From positions 57,536,001 through 57,600,000 of the forward strand of contig NC_043012.1 of assembly GCF_006345805.1 (NCBI RefSeq): a stretch of 64,000 bases of DNA. Direction: 5' to 3'. The translations under genes were made by a program, and so were the position numbers. Below the pieces are notes generated by a model, which ran no database searches, had not been told where the DNA came from, and worked only from the letters and a program-made list of their open reading frames with translations. The DNA comes from Octopus sinensis. Lineage: Eukaryota. Below, in pieces: positions 1 through 13,754 of this stretch (position 1 is the first letter of the stretch; each line of letters opens with the position of its first letter).

Positions 1-444
1 GTTGAATGCTAAAAGGGTTTAACAAAAGAAACTGTTGTAAGCTATTGTTTGTTGTTCGCCGTGAATCTCTCGTGTAATAAAATGTTTAACTGGATGTGTA
101 TAATACAACAGAGATCAAAGATTAGTACACAGTTATTGATTAGAGCCTGACCCTATTCAAACGTTGCCTTTTCTTCCTCTTATTTCATTTATTTATTTAT
201 TTATTACCCTATCCTATCCATCCCGTTCCTTTTCTATGTATACGATTCTATAATAAATAGAGAACCGCTTTATCTTTATCTTCGTACTTGGGTGAAATGA
301 ACCTGATATCAAACGTATATTGCCTTATGACCAGCTCTATATAATAATAATAATAATAATAGTTGATCGTGTCAGTCAGGAAGGCTTGTCGATTATCGAC
401 CTAACGTCCGAAAGGTTTGATGAAGATAATAACAATGGTTTCAA

Positions 445-1085
445 ATTTTGCCACAAGGGCAGCATTTTGTGTGGGGAGGGGGATGAGTCGATTACATCAA
501 CCCTAGTTTTCAACTGGTACTTAATTTATCGACCCCGAAAGGATAAAAGGTAAAGTCGACCTCGGCGGAATTTGAACTCAGAACGTAGTGACGGGCGAAA
601 TACTTTTTTTTTTTACTACCCACAAGGGGCTAAACACAGAGGGGACAAAACAAGGACAGACAAACAGATTAAGTCGATTACATCGACCCCAGTGCGTGAC
701 TGGTACTTAATTTATCGACCCCGAAAGGATGAAAGGCAAAGTCGACCTCGGCGGAATTTGAACTCAGGACGTAGTGACGGGCTAAATACCTATTTTTTTT
801 ACTACCCACAAGGGGCTAAACACAGAGGGGACAAACAAGGACAGACAAACGGATTAAGTCGATTACATCGACCCCAGTGCGTGACTGGTACTTAATTTAT
901 CGACCCCGAAAGGATGAAAGGCAAAGTCGACCTTGGCGGAATATGAACTCAGAACGTAACGGCTGACGAAATACCGCTAAGCACTTCGCCCGGCGTGCTA
1001 ACGTTTCTGCCAGCTCGCCGCCTTTGACGGGCGAAATACCGCTAAGCATTTCGTCCAGTGTGCTAACGATTATACCGGCTTACTA
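445..1085 (-). mobile_element. Nested/tandem SINE-A copies (tRNA head + conserved central domain)
   Basis: Reverse-strand B-box (GAGTTCAAATTCC) and the motif CCTTTCATCCTTTCGGGGTCGATAAATTAAGTACCAG occur three times. TSD TGACGGGCGAAATAC at 589-603 and 1025-1039. Confidence 0.9.
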
Positions 1086-1116
1086 ATACTACTAATAATG
1101 ATGATTATTATTATTA

Positions 1117-1625
1117 AGGCGGTGTGCTGGCAGAATCGTTTGTACGCCGAACAAAGTGCTTAGCGGCATTTCTTCGGTCTTATGTTCTGAGCTCAAACAC
1201 TGGGATTGATGCAATCGACTAGGCTCTTCCCCGCCAAATTCTAGGCCTTGTGCCAATAGTAGAAAGGCGGTAAGCTGGCAGAATCGTTAGCGCTTCAGAC
1301 AAAATGCTCAGCGGTATTTCTTCCGTTTTTACGTTCGGAGTTCAAATATAGCTTGATTTAGGCTTTCATACTCTTGGAGTCAATAAAATGAATACCAGTT
1401 GTAGACTGGGTGGGGTTCGATATTTTCGACTTCCCCCCACCTCTCAAATGGATGGCCTTGTACCAAAATTTGAGAGAATTATTATCATTCACGTGGCTAG
1501 CTCGCAGAATCGTTAACCCGTGGGGAAAAATGCTTAGCGGTATTATTTTTTTTTCTGCTCTTTTCGTTGAGTTCAAATTTTGCCGGGGTATACTCTGCTT
1601 TCTATCCTTTCGGGGTTGCGATAAA
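1117..1625 (+). mobile_element. Cluster of degenerate SINE-A (A2 tail) copies
   Basis: Repeated GCTGGCAGAATCGTT A-box, GTTCAAA B-box and GGCCTTGTGCC tail. Confidence 0.75.
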
Positions 1626-2365
1626 ATAAATGCAAGTCAAGTACAGAGGTCAATGCAATCAGCTTTCTCCCATCCAAATTCGAAACAGGTTTTGTAACCT
1701 ACTAATCGTGTTTCCAGTTCAAGTCTATCCATAGCTAAATTTTCTTAACTAACCCTCCCCAATCTCTCTTCTCTGTTGCCATAAGTTTTCGCCCAAGTGC
1801 AAAAATCTCCAACATGCTTCCAACTGCATATTTCACAAAGGGAATCTTAATAAATCGTGCAGTCTTCGGTTGAATTATTCAACGCAAAAATGCAAATTTT
1901 TCCTAACTAAATGCAACAGATGATATTCAATGTCGAACGAAACGCTAATAATTTTCATCTTAGACATCATTATATGTTAATTGTGAGTCTATCAGATATA
2001 CAATGGAGTTTATTATAGATTCAGTTTCTACATCTCACTTCATTAGCAATTGTATTTGTTTAAGGCGGGTTAGAAAAATAAATAAAATGATTGCAATATT
2101 TGTTTTATATCCCTTAGGCGTCTGCAAATCTTTCGTAGATGAAAGCAACAACGAACAAAAATTGCAATTGAACGAAAGAAAAGATTAAAAAGACGTAAAA
2201 ATTTAATTCAGTTATTCCAAGGCAATTAGAAAGAAAAGCCGTGAGCTTCTTATCTTAGCTCTGGATATTTTGAATAGTTTTAAAAATTTCTACATTGTGT
2301 GATTTTTACATTGTTTTCACCAAATGTTTTTCCAACTCTGAATGTAGTATATATAAACACATAAA

Positions 2366-2465
2366 NNNNNNNNNNNNNNNNNNNNNNNNNNNNNNNNNNN
2401 NNNNNNNNNNNNNNNNNNNNNNNNNNNNNNNNNNNNNNNNNNNNNNNNNNNNNNNNNNNNNNNNN
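2366..2465. other. Assembly gap (100 N)
   Basis: Run of N. Confidence 1.
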
Positions 2466-2508
2466 CTAGTAGAAAAACCGTTCGGGAAGTAGTCTTCTGT
2501 TAGTATAT

Positions 2509-2893
2509 ACTAGCAGTATCACCCGGCGTTGCTCGGTTTGTAGGGAAATAACTGTAAGCATTTTTAGAGAGTTATAGCCAAAAAATAGCCAAAAAATGGA
2601 AAAAAAAAAAATGATGGTAAATTTTTTTGAGAGTTAAAAGGTCGAGTTGCGTCCCCTAGACAGTCTGTGGTTGTGTTTCTGATTCTCGACCCCATGTCGA
2701 ATTTATCGATTTTTTTTTTCAGAACTGGGGGAACTTTTCAAAATTTTCGCTGCGTTAGTTTTGAATTATGACAATGGGCTATGTGTGTATCAAATTTCAT
2801 CAGAATCGGTTGAACGCCGTGGTCAGGGTGAGGGTACAACCTAACAGACACACAGAAACACACACAGACAAACTGCCGTTTATATATAGAGAG
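2509..2893 (+). mobile_element. Non-autonomous Helitron/Helentron-associated (HINE/Lep1/DINE-like) element
   Basis: Starts ACTAGCAGTATCACCCGGCGTTGCTCGG. Contains AAATTTCATCAGAATCGGTTGAA and an (ACAG/AC)n tract. Ends TTTATATATAGAG. This is the hallmark layout of these elements. Confidence 0.65.
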
Positions 2894-4223
2894 ATAATGG
2901 GTATGAGACGTTGTGTCTCAGCATTTTTGGTGACGTTGATTTATTGGCGTCACCTTTTCGGCGTTGATTTGTTTGACATCAGTCGTTTTAATGTTTCCCT
3001 CGTTCCCTCTCTGTATCGCACAGTAAACTAGACTGGTAGTCATGAGACTTGCAACTCCTTTATCGAAAATTAGCTCGATCAGGGAGGATCAGGAGTCAAA
3101 CAACAACAAAAGCAACGACGAAAGAGGATTTTAGAAAAAAGACTTTCGTCAGCTTTGCCTTTCATTCTTTCGAGGGTCGATAAAATAAAGTACCAGTGAA
3201 GATCGGAGGCTGATATCATCTCCTTGCCTCCTCCTCTCAAAACAGCTTGGCATTGCGCCAAAATTAGAAAAGAGCTACGTAACCCACTGTCCTCGTTTGA
3301 GGACAATTGTATTTGGTTTATTTATTGCAATAAAGGTTAACTGGACGCTTCCATATGTTTGTTATCCCTATTTATATAACTATCTTCAAAATTTCGACAG
3401 GGTTAACCTGGATTAACATGGGTTAACGTAGTTACATTATTGTTTCCGTCAATAACTCACTTCATTTTCACTCTACAGGAATATTTTTTACCAATCAGTG
3501 CTTCTTAAAATATTTTACTCTTGGCTGCACTTCCTAAATAACAAAAAAAAAACCCCAAAAAAACAAACAAACAAACAAACAAAACAAAACAAACCATTCC
3601 TTCGCGTCACTGGAAATATTTTATTGATAAGGAATACATTAATAAATGCATAACTAAAATCAAGTCAACATAAAGAAACCTAACTCCAAACGGTACTTCA
3701 TTTATAACTCAAAAATACAGCCACTTTAAACTTTGTATAAATATAAACATTTTGATAGCCTTCTTCAGTTACTGTTACATTCAAAATATATTAATATATT
3801 CAAGAATAAATTAAACAGATCTTGCTGTAACAGAGGTTTTAAAATTCACTACTGCGAGACTTGTGGTGGATTTAGGCATAAACTTAAGCTGCAGTTTAAG
3901 GGCCTCTAAATTCACAAGGGCTTCGATATAATTAAGAGTAATGTGTTTTCAATGTGTGTGTGGCCTTGTGGGGCGGATTTGTTTACAAGCGGTCTCCAGG
4001 TTTTACACAGTATACGGCTTTGCTTAAGTCTAAATCCAGCACAGAAGGAGACCATTTCAATTTATGCAATGGAGTAGAAGTCACTAGGGAAACAAAGATG
4101 ATGTTGGATATAGGGTGACGGGAAGATTCAAGGACAATCGTATCTACTTTCTTATATACATCAGCGAAAGGCACACACACATCTGTATATGTACATATGT
4201 ATGTGTGTGTGTCTGTACATGTG

Positions 4224-4259
<36 letters not shown>

Positions 4260-4592
4260 CATATGCATATATATAGTGTTAACCTTCGTGGTAAGCGTAC
4301 GAACATGTCAAATGTACTATTTCTCCTTTGGTTGAAAATAACTAGTGAACAGCCATAGTCGGTTTTCGACCCTTATTGTGATCTCATCAGAGGTGTTTTC
4401 ATCAGCTGATCCCTCCCAGAAAAAAAACAAAGAACCAGTTCGTTTATATATACATCAAATGTAGTAACTCCCAAAATTTGGGGCCACTAATTTGCATCCT
4501 ATAAATGTCTAACACGTTATTCAGTATCAGAGGTGAGTCATCAGGAAACCAAGTTCACACAGATTTTGTGTATGTATGTATCTCTCACTCTG

Positions 4593-4629
<37 letters not shown>

Positions 4630-4630
4630 G

Positions 4631-4688
<58 letters not shown>

Positions 4689-5256
4689 GTATTATAGACT
4701 TAATATTAGCCGATTTAATAATCGGTTCCGTGCACGAAAGTTTACGAAAAATCAATATGAGCATTTATGAGAAAGGCTGTAGGGAAAAGAATGTCACTCC
4801 AGATACATACTCTGATGAGTGTCAAGATTTGGCCCCTAAATTCTCGTGTACGAAACCGTTTGTTACAATCGGCTAAAATGGGTCTATAATACTGTATTGA
4901 ATAAATACTTCATATACCTACTGCATTGATAAATGTCCGTCTGCCTGTTTTTTTTCTACACCCATGGATTCTTAGATGATGGCCACACACACACACAGAC
5001 ACGCCCCCCCCCACGCACACACTTCAAGCGAGTCAAAAGTCGATCATGTGAACCTTACCAACCTGTGTTTTTTCTCATCTTTTATTATCACCTTACCCAA
5101 CATCGAGAAAAGATGGTGTCCGCAACGTTCTACTTTTATTCCATAACATCTACTCCTTCACTTGTTTCTGTTGTTGATTGTGAACTTAATAATTATTAAA
5201 TGTGGACGTCATTTAAGCTTTTGGCATTGGTTTTTTTTCGTATTTGACTTGCTTTA

Positions 5257-5397
<141 letters not shown>

Positions 5398-5409
5398 GTC
5401 TCTGTCTGT

Positions 5410-5590
5410 ATGCATGCCTCACCCATATATCCCTTCTCTGGATCTTTCCTTCTCCTATGTTTCCGACGAAGAGCTCCGCTCGAAACGTTAAACCCTCCTT
5501 CTTCCCTTCTTTCCTGAGCGTCCTATAATACTATATTTGTTCCACGTCCTCGTATTGTTGTGTTTTCTCCTTGTGTTTTCATGTTTGGAT

Positions 5591-5600
<10 letters not shown>
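5410..5600 (+). mobile_element. PLE pseudo-LTR fragment with hammerhead-variant motif
   Basis: CCGACGAA-GAGC-TCC-GCTC-GAAACGTTA at 5463-5490. Related to 55879-55907. 3' end abuts (TA)n. Confidence 0.65.
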
Positions 5601-5633
<33 letters not shown>

Positions 5634-6706
5634 GTGGACTGGCCAGGTTGCTAGCTTGCCCGATGGTAAGTGGGCCCCCGCGCCATTAGAGTCCATATAT
5701 GTGGGCCCATGTTAGTATCTAAGGAGCCCATCTTAAGTTGGGAGAATTTTTTATTCACTCATGGAAGAATACATTAATTATTTCAGCCTGGCTGTGTTTG
5801 TAGGCACGCGGACCTAATAAATTGATAACGGAAAATGTGACTGGTAGTTATCTAAACAATTAAAAGACAACGGTGTTGTTTTGTCCTAAGTCAGCTGATC
5901 AAGCAGACAAATGATCAAAAGTGTCCCAACCGTGACTATCATGCCTTTTGTTTTTATACATATTTAGGACTACGTTGCACAGTGTGTCATTTCTGTTTTG
6001 TTTCGTTATTTATTATTCTTTTTTTTTTTATAGACATGTATGATTTAAGAGATTGATCACGGTCGATTGATCACGGAGAAGTGATCCACCTCTGACGTTA
6101 CTAAAGGACGTCAACGATATTATTTCATGCGAATTTTTGCGACATATTTTGGGCCCCCGTTGCTTTGACTCTTATCGACGGTGCCAATGATACAGCTGCT
6201 GCCGATGATGATGATGATGATCTATCATAATTCCATTCGATGACGAGTACGAAGAAGACGATGAGGAGGGGGAGGAGGAGGAGGAAAGTCATTCTTATCA
6301 CAATCTCCGTCAACGTCGTCGCTCTCTCTCTCGTCCTCCTCTTCCTTTTCCTCTCTTGTTCTCTTGCTCCTCCTCCTCCTCATCATCATCATCACCACGT
6401 CGTCACCATCCTCCTCCTCCTCATCGTCCTCATTATCGTTATTGCCGTCGTCGTCGTCATCGTCAACATCATCATCATCATTGTCGTCATCATCATCATC
6501 ATCAAGATCACTACCTTTAGAATAACGATAGACATATATATTCAACAATAGCAAAACACCAGGAGCATCACTCCCCCCACTCTCGTCCTCAATAATGATA
6601 ATATGAAAAAGATAATAATAATAATAATGATAATAATAATAAATGATAATCATAATTTATAATGATTTATTATATTTCTATTTTTCATTTTTATTTATTT
6701 TCTTTT

Positions 6707-6744
<38 letters not shown>

Positions 6745-7693
6745 TCGTTTCTTTATAGCGATAATTTATTTTTACCATCAAGTTTTCTTTCAGAACCAAA
6801 AAAAACCCCAAAAAATGAAAAAAAAAAAACATAGTAAAAATCATAAAAGAAACAAGAAAAATGTTTCTCTAAAATATGATTAAAATACTTTGGTATTCCA
6901 TCCTCTCCTCCCCCACCACTCTCGCCCCCTCGCTCTCTGTCTGTCTGTCTCTCTTTCTTGTTGCAATATACCCGCTTTCTATTTCCCCTTATTCTCAGAT
7001 TGAAATACTGAAATACGCTCTCCACCCTCTCTCTCTTTGTCACTACTCACTCACCTTCATCTCAACCTCAACCTCACCATCCCTATCCCATCCATTACAC
7101 TCTCTCTCTCCCCTTCCTCCGCCTCCTCATCATCATCATCACCTCTTCTTTTCCTTTTTTCCCTTCTATCTTCAATTACTGACTGACTGACGACATATAT
7201 ACCTTAATATTTTATCTCTCCTACCAACACCGCCTGCCTTTCTCTTTCTCTCTCTCTCTCTCTTAATCTCTCGTTCCACTTGTTCACGCCGCCTTTTTTT
7301 TTTTTACAAACAGCTCCTGTGTCGGCATTTTATTGATGGAATAATAAGAAAGAAGACATTAAACATAAAAAAAACCCCAGAAATCATAAAAACAAAAATA
7401 AGGAGACAGAAGCGGCAAAGGATTTAGGAGAGCAGGGGACAGGGGGGAAGAAACTTGGGTGTTTTTAGGAACTAGTAGAGCTGAGAAGAGTAAAGTAGAT
7501 TAGGAGAGAGGAGTAAGGGTTGATCAAATGATGGGATGTTCGTTTCTGATTCACTTTTGAATAGGGCTTACGCCACGTTTCTTCTTTCTTTCTCATATCT
7601 CTCACCCTCCTTATTTTCCACCCACTTCTCATCTTTTGTTACCTCCCTTCCTTACCGCCCTCTCCTGTCATAGGTTTGTCTCACCGTTTTTGC

Positions 7694-7725
<32 letters not shown>

Positions 7726-8177
7726 GTCTATATATCTATACATTCTCGTACTCACCTCTACCCACCCTCGCACGTCACCCACATAGTACTCTTTATATTA
7801 TATTCATTGTCATTTTAACAAAAGCGAAATACTGAAAACGATAAGTCCAGAAGGTATTAATATAAATAGACAGATGAATAAATTAATATATACGAAAAGA
7901 AACTCCAAATTATTAAAACGATATCGAAATTTCAAACACACACACACCACACACACGTCTGGATGTTGCAGACAAGAGAGTAAAAAAAAAAGGTAGTCTA
8001 CGAAAAACTCCGAGCAGTAACGAAGTAAATGTGGAGCTTCAAGCAATATAACGCTCGCACGCGCACACACACATTACGAATGCTGCATGGTATCACAAAG
8101 GGAATAATGTTATCAAACGGTTATTGTTATCAAAGCTTTTGGGTCTCAAGCACACTCAGAATATTATTGCTATATAT

Positions 8178-8409
8178 ATTTCTTTATTGCCCACTAGGGG
8201 CTAAACATAGAGGGGGCAAACAAGGACAGACAAACAGATTATGTTGATTACATCGACCCCAGTGCGAAACTGGTACTTTATTTATCGACCCCGAAAGGAT
8301 GAAAGGCAAAGTCGACCTCGGCGGAATCTGAACTCAGAACGTAGCGGTAGACGAAATACCGCTAAGTATTTCGTCCGGCGCGCTAACGTGTCTGCCAGCT
8401 CGCCGCCTT
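8178..8409 (-). mobile_element. Full-length SINE-A (A1 tail)
   Basis: Head AAGGCGGCGAGCTGGCAGA through tail ...TTTAGCCCCTAGTGGGCAATAAAGAAATA on minus strand. Confidence 0.92.
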
Positions 8410-8620
8410 TATTATTGCTATATAATCACTTGATACTGTCATTTGAAGTGATCACAATAAGCGCCTTCAGCTGTACGTGTGTGTTTGATTTTGCGGGTAC
8501 ACACACATACACACACACACATACACACATACACACGCAGTCTCTTCAATAAAGTAAGAAAAGAATCAAAATACATATTTCAAAAATAGATTTGGTTATA
8601 CAAATAGAACTCAAAAACAT

Positions 8621-8659
<39 letters not shown>

Positions 8660-8672
<13 letters not shown>

Positions 8673-9300
8673 GCGCAGAGTTGGATGTGTGGTAAAAAGC
8701 TTGCTTTCCAACCTCATGGTTCAGGTTCAGACCCACTGTTTGACACCTTGGACAAGAGTCTTCTAGTATAGCCTCAGGCCAACCGAAAACTTGTGAGTGG
8801 ATTTGGTAAACGAAAACTGAAAGAAGCCCATCGTAAATGTGTGTGGGTGTATAAGCGCAGGCTTGGGTGTGTGGTAAGAAGCTTGCTTCCCGCTACATGA
8901 TTTCAAGTTCAGTCCCACTGCGTGGCACCTAGGTCAAAGCCTTGAGAGTGGATTAGGTAGACGGAAACTGAAAGAAGCTCATCGTAAATTGTGTGTGTGT
9001 ATGTGTATCTTCCACCACCACTTAACAGGTGTTGCTTTGGTTACGTTCCCGCAATTTAGCGTTTCAGCAAATGCACCAACATCGGTTGTCAAGCGATGTT
9101 GGGGGGGGGACAAACACAGACACACGAACATATACACACATATACATATATATATATATAGACAGTTTCCGTCAACCAAATCCACTCAAAAGGCTTTGGT
9201 CGGCCCGAGGCTATAGTAGAAGACACTTGCCCAAGGTGCCACGCAGTGGGACTGAAACCCGGAACCATGTGATTGGTAAGGAAGCTACTTACCAAAAAAA
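8660..9300. mobile_element. Cluster of partial SINE-B copies, both orientations
   Basis: GGCGCAG..TGTGTGGTAAGAAGCTTGC head and GTGAGTGGATTTGGTAGACGGAAACTGAAAGAAGC body motifs. Confidence 0.8.
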
Positions 9301-9944
9301 GTACGTAAATACACAACGAGAGACAAATACGGGACAAACTAACCCCCCCCCCCCCAAAAAAAAAGTCTAACTCCTCCTCAATTGTTGACTGTTTATTACT
9401 ACCTTGGCTATTGTAAAGGTCTTTATATTTTTGTTGGTAGAACCCATTCGTTGCAATAATGAATGAATTCCCGAGGAAAAGCCTAATTTGTGATTTCGTT
9501 TTGTTTTGGTTTAATTAGGCTTGGAAACAACCTATAGAATTTTTATTGGATATATACCAACCTGGAATAAGTAACGTCTATACTTTTATTTTTTCTTCCA
9601 TTCTTTATACTTATATATATATTTCTATATTTCTATATATATATATTATATATATATATATATTTCTATATTTCTATATATATATATATATATATAGTAA
9701 TATATTTTCTATATTCTATATATATAATAATATAATTATATATATATATTATATATATTTCTATATTTCTATATATATATATATATATAATATAAAATTA
9801 AGGATAATTTTAATGATTTTATTAAGTGACCAGCAGGAAATAAAAAACTTACCTGTAACATTTTATATCAATTTATAATTATAAATTAGTGTGTGTATAT
9901 ATATATATATATATATGCATGCACACATACATTCACACAGGTAC

Positions 9945-10290
9945 ATCTTTTACTTCTTTCAATCATAGGACTGTGGCCATGCCGGGCCACCTCCTTGAAG
10001 GGCTTCGTCGAACTAGTCAAAACTAGTCTTTTATCTTAAAGCTTGGCACTTATTCTATCGGTCGCTTTTGCCGATCCGCTAAATTCCGGGAACGTAAACA
10101 AACCAACACCTGTTGTCAAGCGGTGGTGGCAGATAAACACACACACACACATACATACACACACGGTGGGCTTCTTTCAGTTTCCTTCTACGAATTGTAC
10201 GGTGGTCGACTAGAATATATAGCTAATGACTCTAGCCCAAAGTGCCATGAAGCGGGACTGAACTCTGAACCATGTGGTTGGGAAGCAAGC
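9945..10290 (-). mobile_element. SINE-B
   Basis: Same diagnostic body and 3' motifs on minus strand. Confidence 0.8.
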
Positions 10291-10405
10291 TACACACACA
10301 CACACAAACACGCGCAAAATTTTCGATCGGCAGAATTCACTTAGTGACTCAAGGCCCGAGTGTTTCGTGAATATATATGTCAGTTAGTAACTGCCGACGA
10401 AAAAC

Positions 10406-10441
<36 letters not shown>

Positions 10442-11077
10442 CATTATTTTTATTCTAATTTTCATTATTATTACTATTATTCTTAGAGAATTTAAATAAT
10501 AAAAACAAATTTTTAAAGAACCCGTCAAAGAAAAAGATGAAACAGAAGAAATATAAAAGGAAACAGGTACAGATAGCGATGAGAAAGAAAAATAGAAATT
10601 CCTCTATTGTAATAATAATAATAATGATAACCTTCTTTCTTCTGTGACAGGGAAATTCCCCACTATAACCTGAGACTGTCGTCTTGAAAGCAAATTGTCT
10701 TTTCCCTTTCTGTATAACACCTTCCGGAACGCAGATCCGTCCATGATCTAACAAAAGACGCCATGAATCATTTGTCTGTCTGTGTTGCTTTCTACACTCA
10801 TGTCGTGTGACTAATTCCACCGAATGCTTTGTGTTATAATTGCTTAATCTCAATGGATCTCCGTCGGTTTCGACTAACTAATTAACGGAACTGTCTGCTC
10901 ATTGAATTATATAGAGCAAATGCCTGGCTGAGTATTCCAGAAACTCGCGGAGTTTTATCAATAATTTCTCTCTCTTATTTTATATACTCATATCATGTGA
11001 TGTGATTAATTCCACCGAATACTTTGTATTATAATTGCTTACTTAAAGGTTGTGACCTGACAGAATAGTCAGCATGA

Positions 11078-11312
11078 AGGCTGCGAGCTGGCAGAAACGT
11101 TAGCACGTCGGGCGAAATGCTTAGCGGCATTTCTTCTGCCGTTACGTTCTGAGTTCAAATTCCGCCGAGGTCGACTTTGCCTTTCATCCTTTCGGGGTCC
11201 ATAAATTAAGTACCAGTTACGCACTGGGGTTGATGTAATCGACTTAACCCATTTGTCTGTCCTTGTTTGCCCCTCTATGTTTAGCCCCTTGTGGGCAATA
11301 AAGAAACAAGAA
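11078..11312 (+). mobile_element. Full-length SINE-A (A1 tail) with TSD
   Basis: A-box TGGCAGAAACGTTAG and B-box GAGTTCAAATTCC. TSD AGAATAGTCAGCAT on both sides. Confidence 0.95.
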
Positions 11313-11474
11313 TAGTCAGCATACCAGACAAATTGCTTAGCGGCATTTCGTCCGTCTTTCCGTACTGAGTTCCTCCGAGCTTGACTTTGCCTTTCTTTCT
11401 TTCTTCTTTTCTTCTTTCTTTCTCTTTCTTCTTGTCTTTTCTTCTTCTTTCTCTTCTCTTTATTTCTTCTTTCT

Positions 11475-11506
<32 letters not shown>

Positions 11507-11899
11507 TTCTTTTTCTTCTTTTCTTCTTTCTTTACTTTCTTTCTTCTCTTCCTCGACTTTCTTTCTTTCCAAGGATAATGAAATAAGTACCAGTTTATTA
11601 TTGGGGTCTACGTAATCGGCTAAACCAAAAAATGCAGGGCTTGTGCTAAGTAAGAGTAGAAAGAATTATAATTATTCACTCTAAAGTGGCCAGTTGGCAG
11701 ACCGGTTAGAGCGTCAGACAAAATTATTAACGGCATTTCCTCCGACTTATTACGTTCTGAGTTCATATCCTGCCGTGGTTGACTTTGACCTTTCATCCTT
11801 TCGGGAGTCGATAAAATAAAGTACTAGTTGAGCACTTGGGTCGATATAATCGACTTACCCTCTTCCCCTAAAATTACTGGCCTTGTAACCAAAATTTGA

Positions 11900-12110
11900 A
11901 ACCATTATAATTGCTTACCCTTAATGGATCTCCGTTGGTTTCGACGGTAAGATGGGGATTGCTGTTTTTCGAGTAATTAACCGAACTAAGCTGTTTGCTC
12001 ATTGAATTGTTGGACAAATGAGTGACTGAGTATTCCACAGACACGTATAGCCTTAAATGTAATAGTTCTCGTTTAGAATCAGCACGACACAGTTTATGAC
12101 TAGGCTATGT
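11900..12110 (-). mobile_element. Degenerate SINE-C-related 3' half (second copy ~10830-10950)
   Basis: AGTGACTGAGTATTCCACAGACACG is the reverse complement of the SINE-C GTGGAGTGCTCAGCCACT block. Confidence 0.6.
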
Positions 12111-12541
12111 TTTTGAATCACTGGTACAAACTATACAGACATTTTTCGTTTACCCAATGTCACAAAGTATGACTCATTCCAGTGCTATGTGAAAACAACG
12201 AACAATCCCCCCTCCCCCTCCAAAAAGAACCCCTCCCAAACTCAACAAACCTCCGAAGATCACCAAAATCTAAAGAAAACATATCCTCCCAAAGACAAAA
12301 AACAAAACAAGAAACAAAAATCAAAGTAACAAAAGCATAAAACCCCTTCTAAACCATAAAAAATACCACACCTCCTCCCCACAAAACTCCCTCCCTTCAT
12401 GCAAAATTCCTTCACCCCTCAAAAAAATTTGTTCAAAATATCAGTAAGTGATATTGAACCCGGGGACTGTTGATTGCGAAACGAGCTTAACCACTTGGCT
12501 ATTCTCGTGACATAATTCACATGCACACGTGCACACACACA

Positions 12542-12577
<36 letters not shown>

Positions 12578-12711
12578 TTACCGTATTTGATAGCAGCAAA
12601 GACGCACGGGTATAGTAGATGCACTCCAACTTCGCATATTGCACCCAGGGTGAGTTATTTTGCGAAATAAGTCTTTGAGGTAAAAAAAAGAAAGAAAAAT
12701 CGTCTTAAATA

Positions 12712-12892
12712 CTCTTTTGCTCTTTTACTTGTTTCAGTCAGTTGCTGGATCACCGCCTGTAGTCGAGCAAATCGACCCCCAGGACTTATTCTTTGTAAGC
12801 CTAGTACTTATTCTGTCGGTCTGTTTTGTCGAACCGCTAAGTTACGGGGACGTAAACACACCAGCATCGGTTGTCAAGCGATGTTGAGGGGA

Positions 12893-12951
<59 letters not shown>

Positions 12952-12978
12952 CACACCACACACACAACACACACACAC

Positions 12979-13014
<36 letters not shown>

Positions 13015-13180
13015 CGACAGGCTTCTTTCAGTTTCCGTCTACCAAATCGACTCACAAGGCTTTGGTCGGCCCGAGGCTATATAGTAGAAGACATTTGCCT
13101 AAGGTGCCATGCAGTGGGACTGAACCCGGAACCATGTGCTTCGCAAGCAAGCTACTTACCGCACAGCCACTCCTACGCCT
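12712..13180 (-). mobile_element. Full-length SINE-B (CORE-like) with internal (CA)n/(TA)n
   Basis: tRNA-like head, GGCACCTTGGGCAAGTGTCTTCTACTATAGCCTC CORE-like block, and (GAGTAAAA)n tail. Confidence 0.92.
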
Positions 13181-13754
13181 GGTAGGTTTATCATTCAAAT
13201 ACCAAACAGTGTCATTCACCTGATTCCATTTTAGCAGTCATTCTTTTCTTTCATGATGATGATGATGACGATGATAATTAGGAGGTGAAGTAAGAGGTGT
13301 ATTGTAAAAAATAATTAACATTCAACACCTCATCACTGAAACAGTTATCATTATTAGTAACATTAGCAACCCTTTCCCCCATTATCATCAACAATAGCAT
13401 CATCATCATCTTTATCCATCATCATTTGTAGCGTTATCATTGTAATCTTCATCATCGCCGTCGTCACCACCATCATCATCGTTGTCATTGACATCGTTAC
13501 CACCACCGCCACCATCACCATAATCATCGTCATCGACATCATCCTCATCATCATCACTGCCACTACCGTCATCACCTGCACCAGCACCAGCACCACCATC
13601 ATCATTATCATCACCATTATGGAACAGCAATCATGTCTCACCTGCACCGACTTCAACTAACAGCGAGAAAGCCATTGTACCTAACGGAAACGTCATGGCC
13701 ATGGCTGGCTTATTTTTTTATCAAAATGCTACACAATGCTGAGCTGACGGAATA

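Noticed and set aside
3983-4170. Minus-strand exon or LINE fragment (TSTPLHKLKWSPSVLDL..)
   Set aside because: Good acceptor but weak donor, no partner exons and no recognisable motif.
5628-5790. hAT MITE
   Set aside because: Only one terminus-like motif (GTGGTGGACTGGCC); no matching end or TSD.
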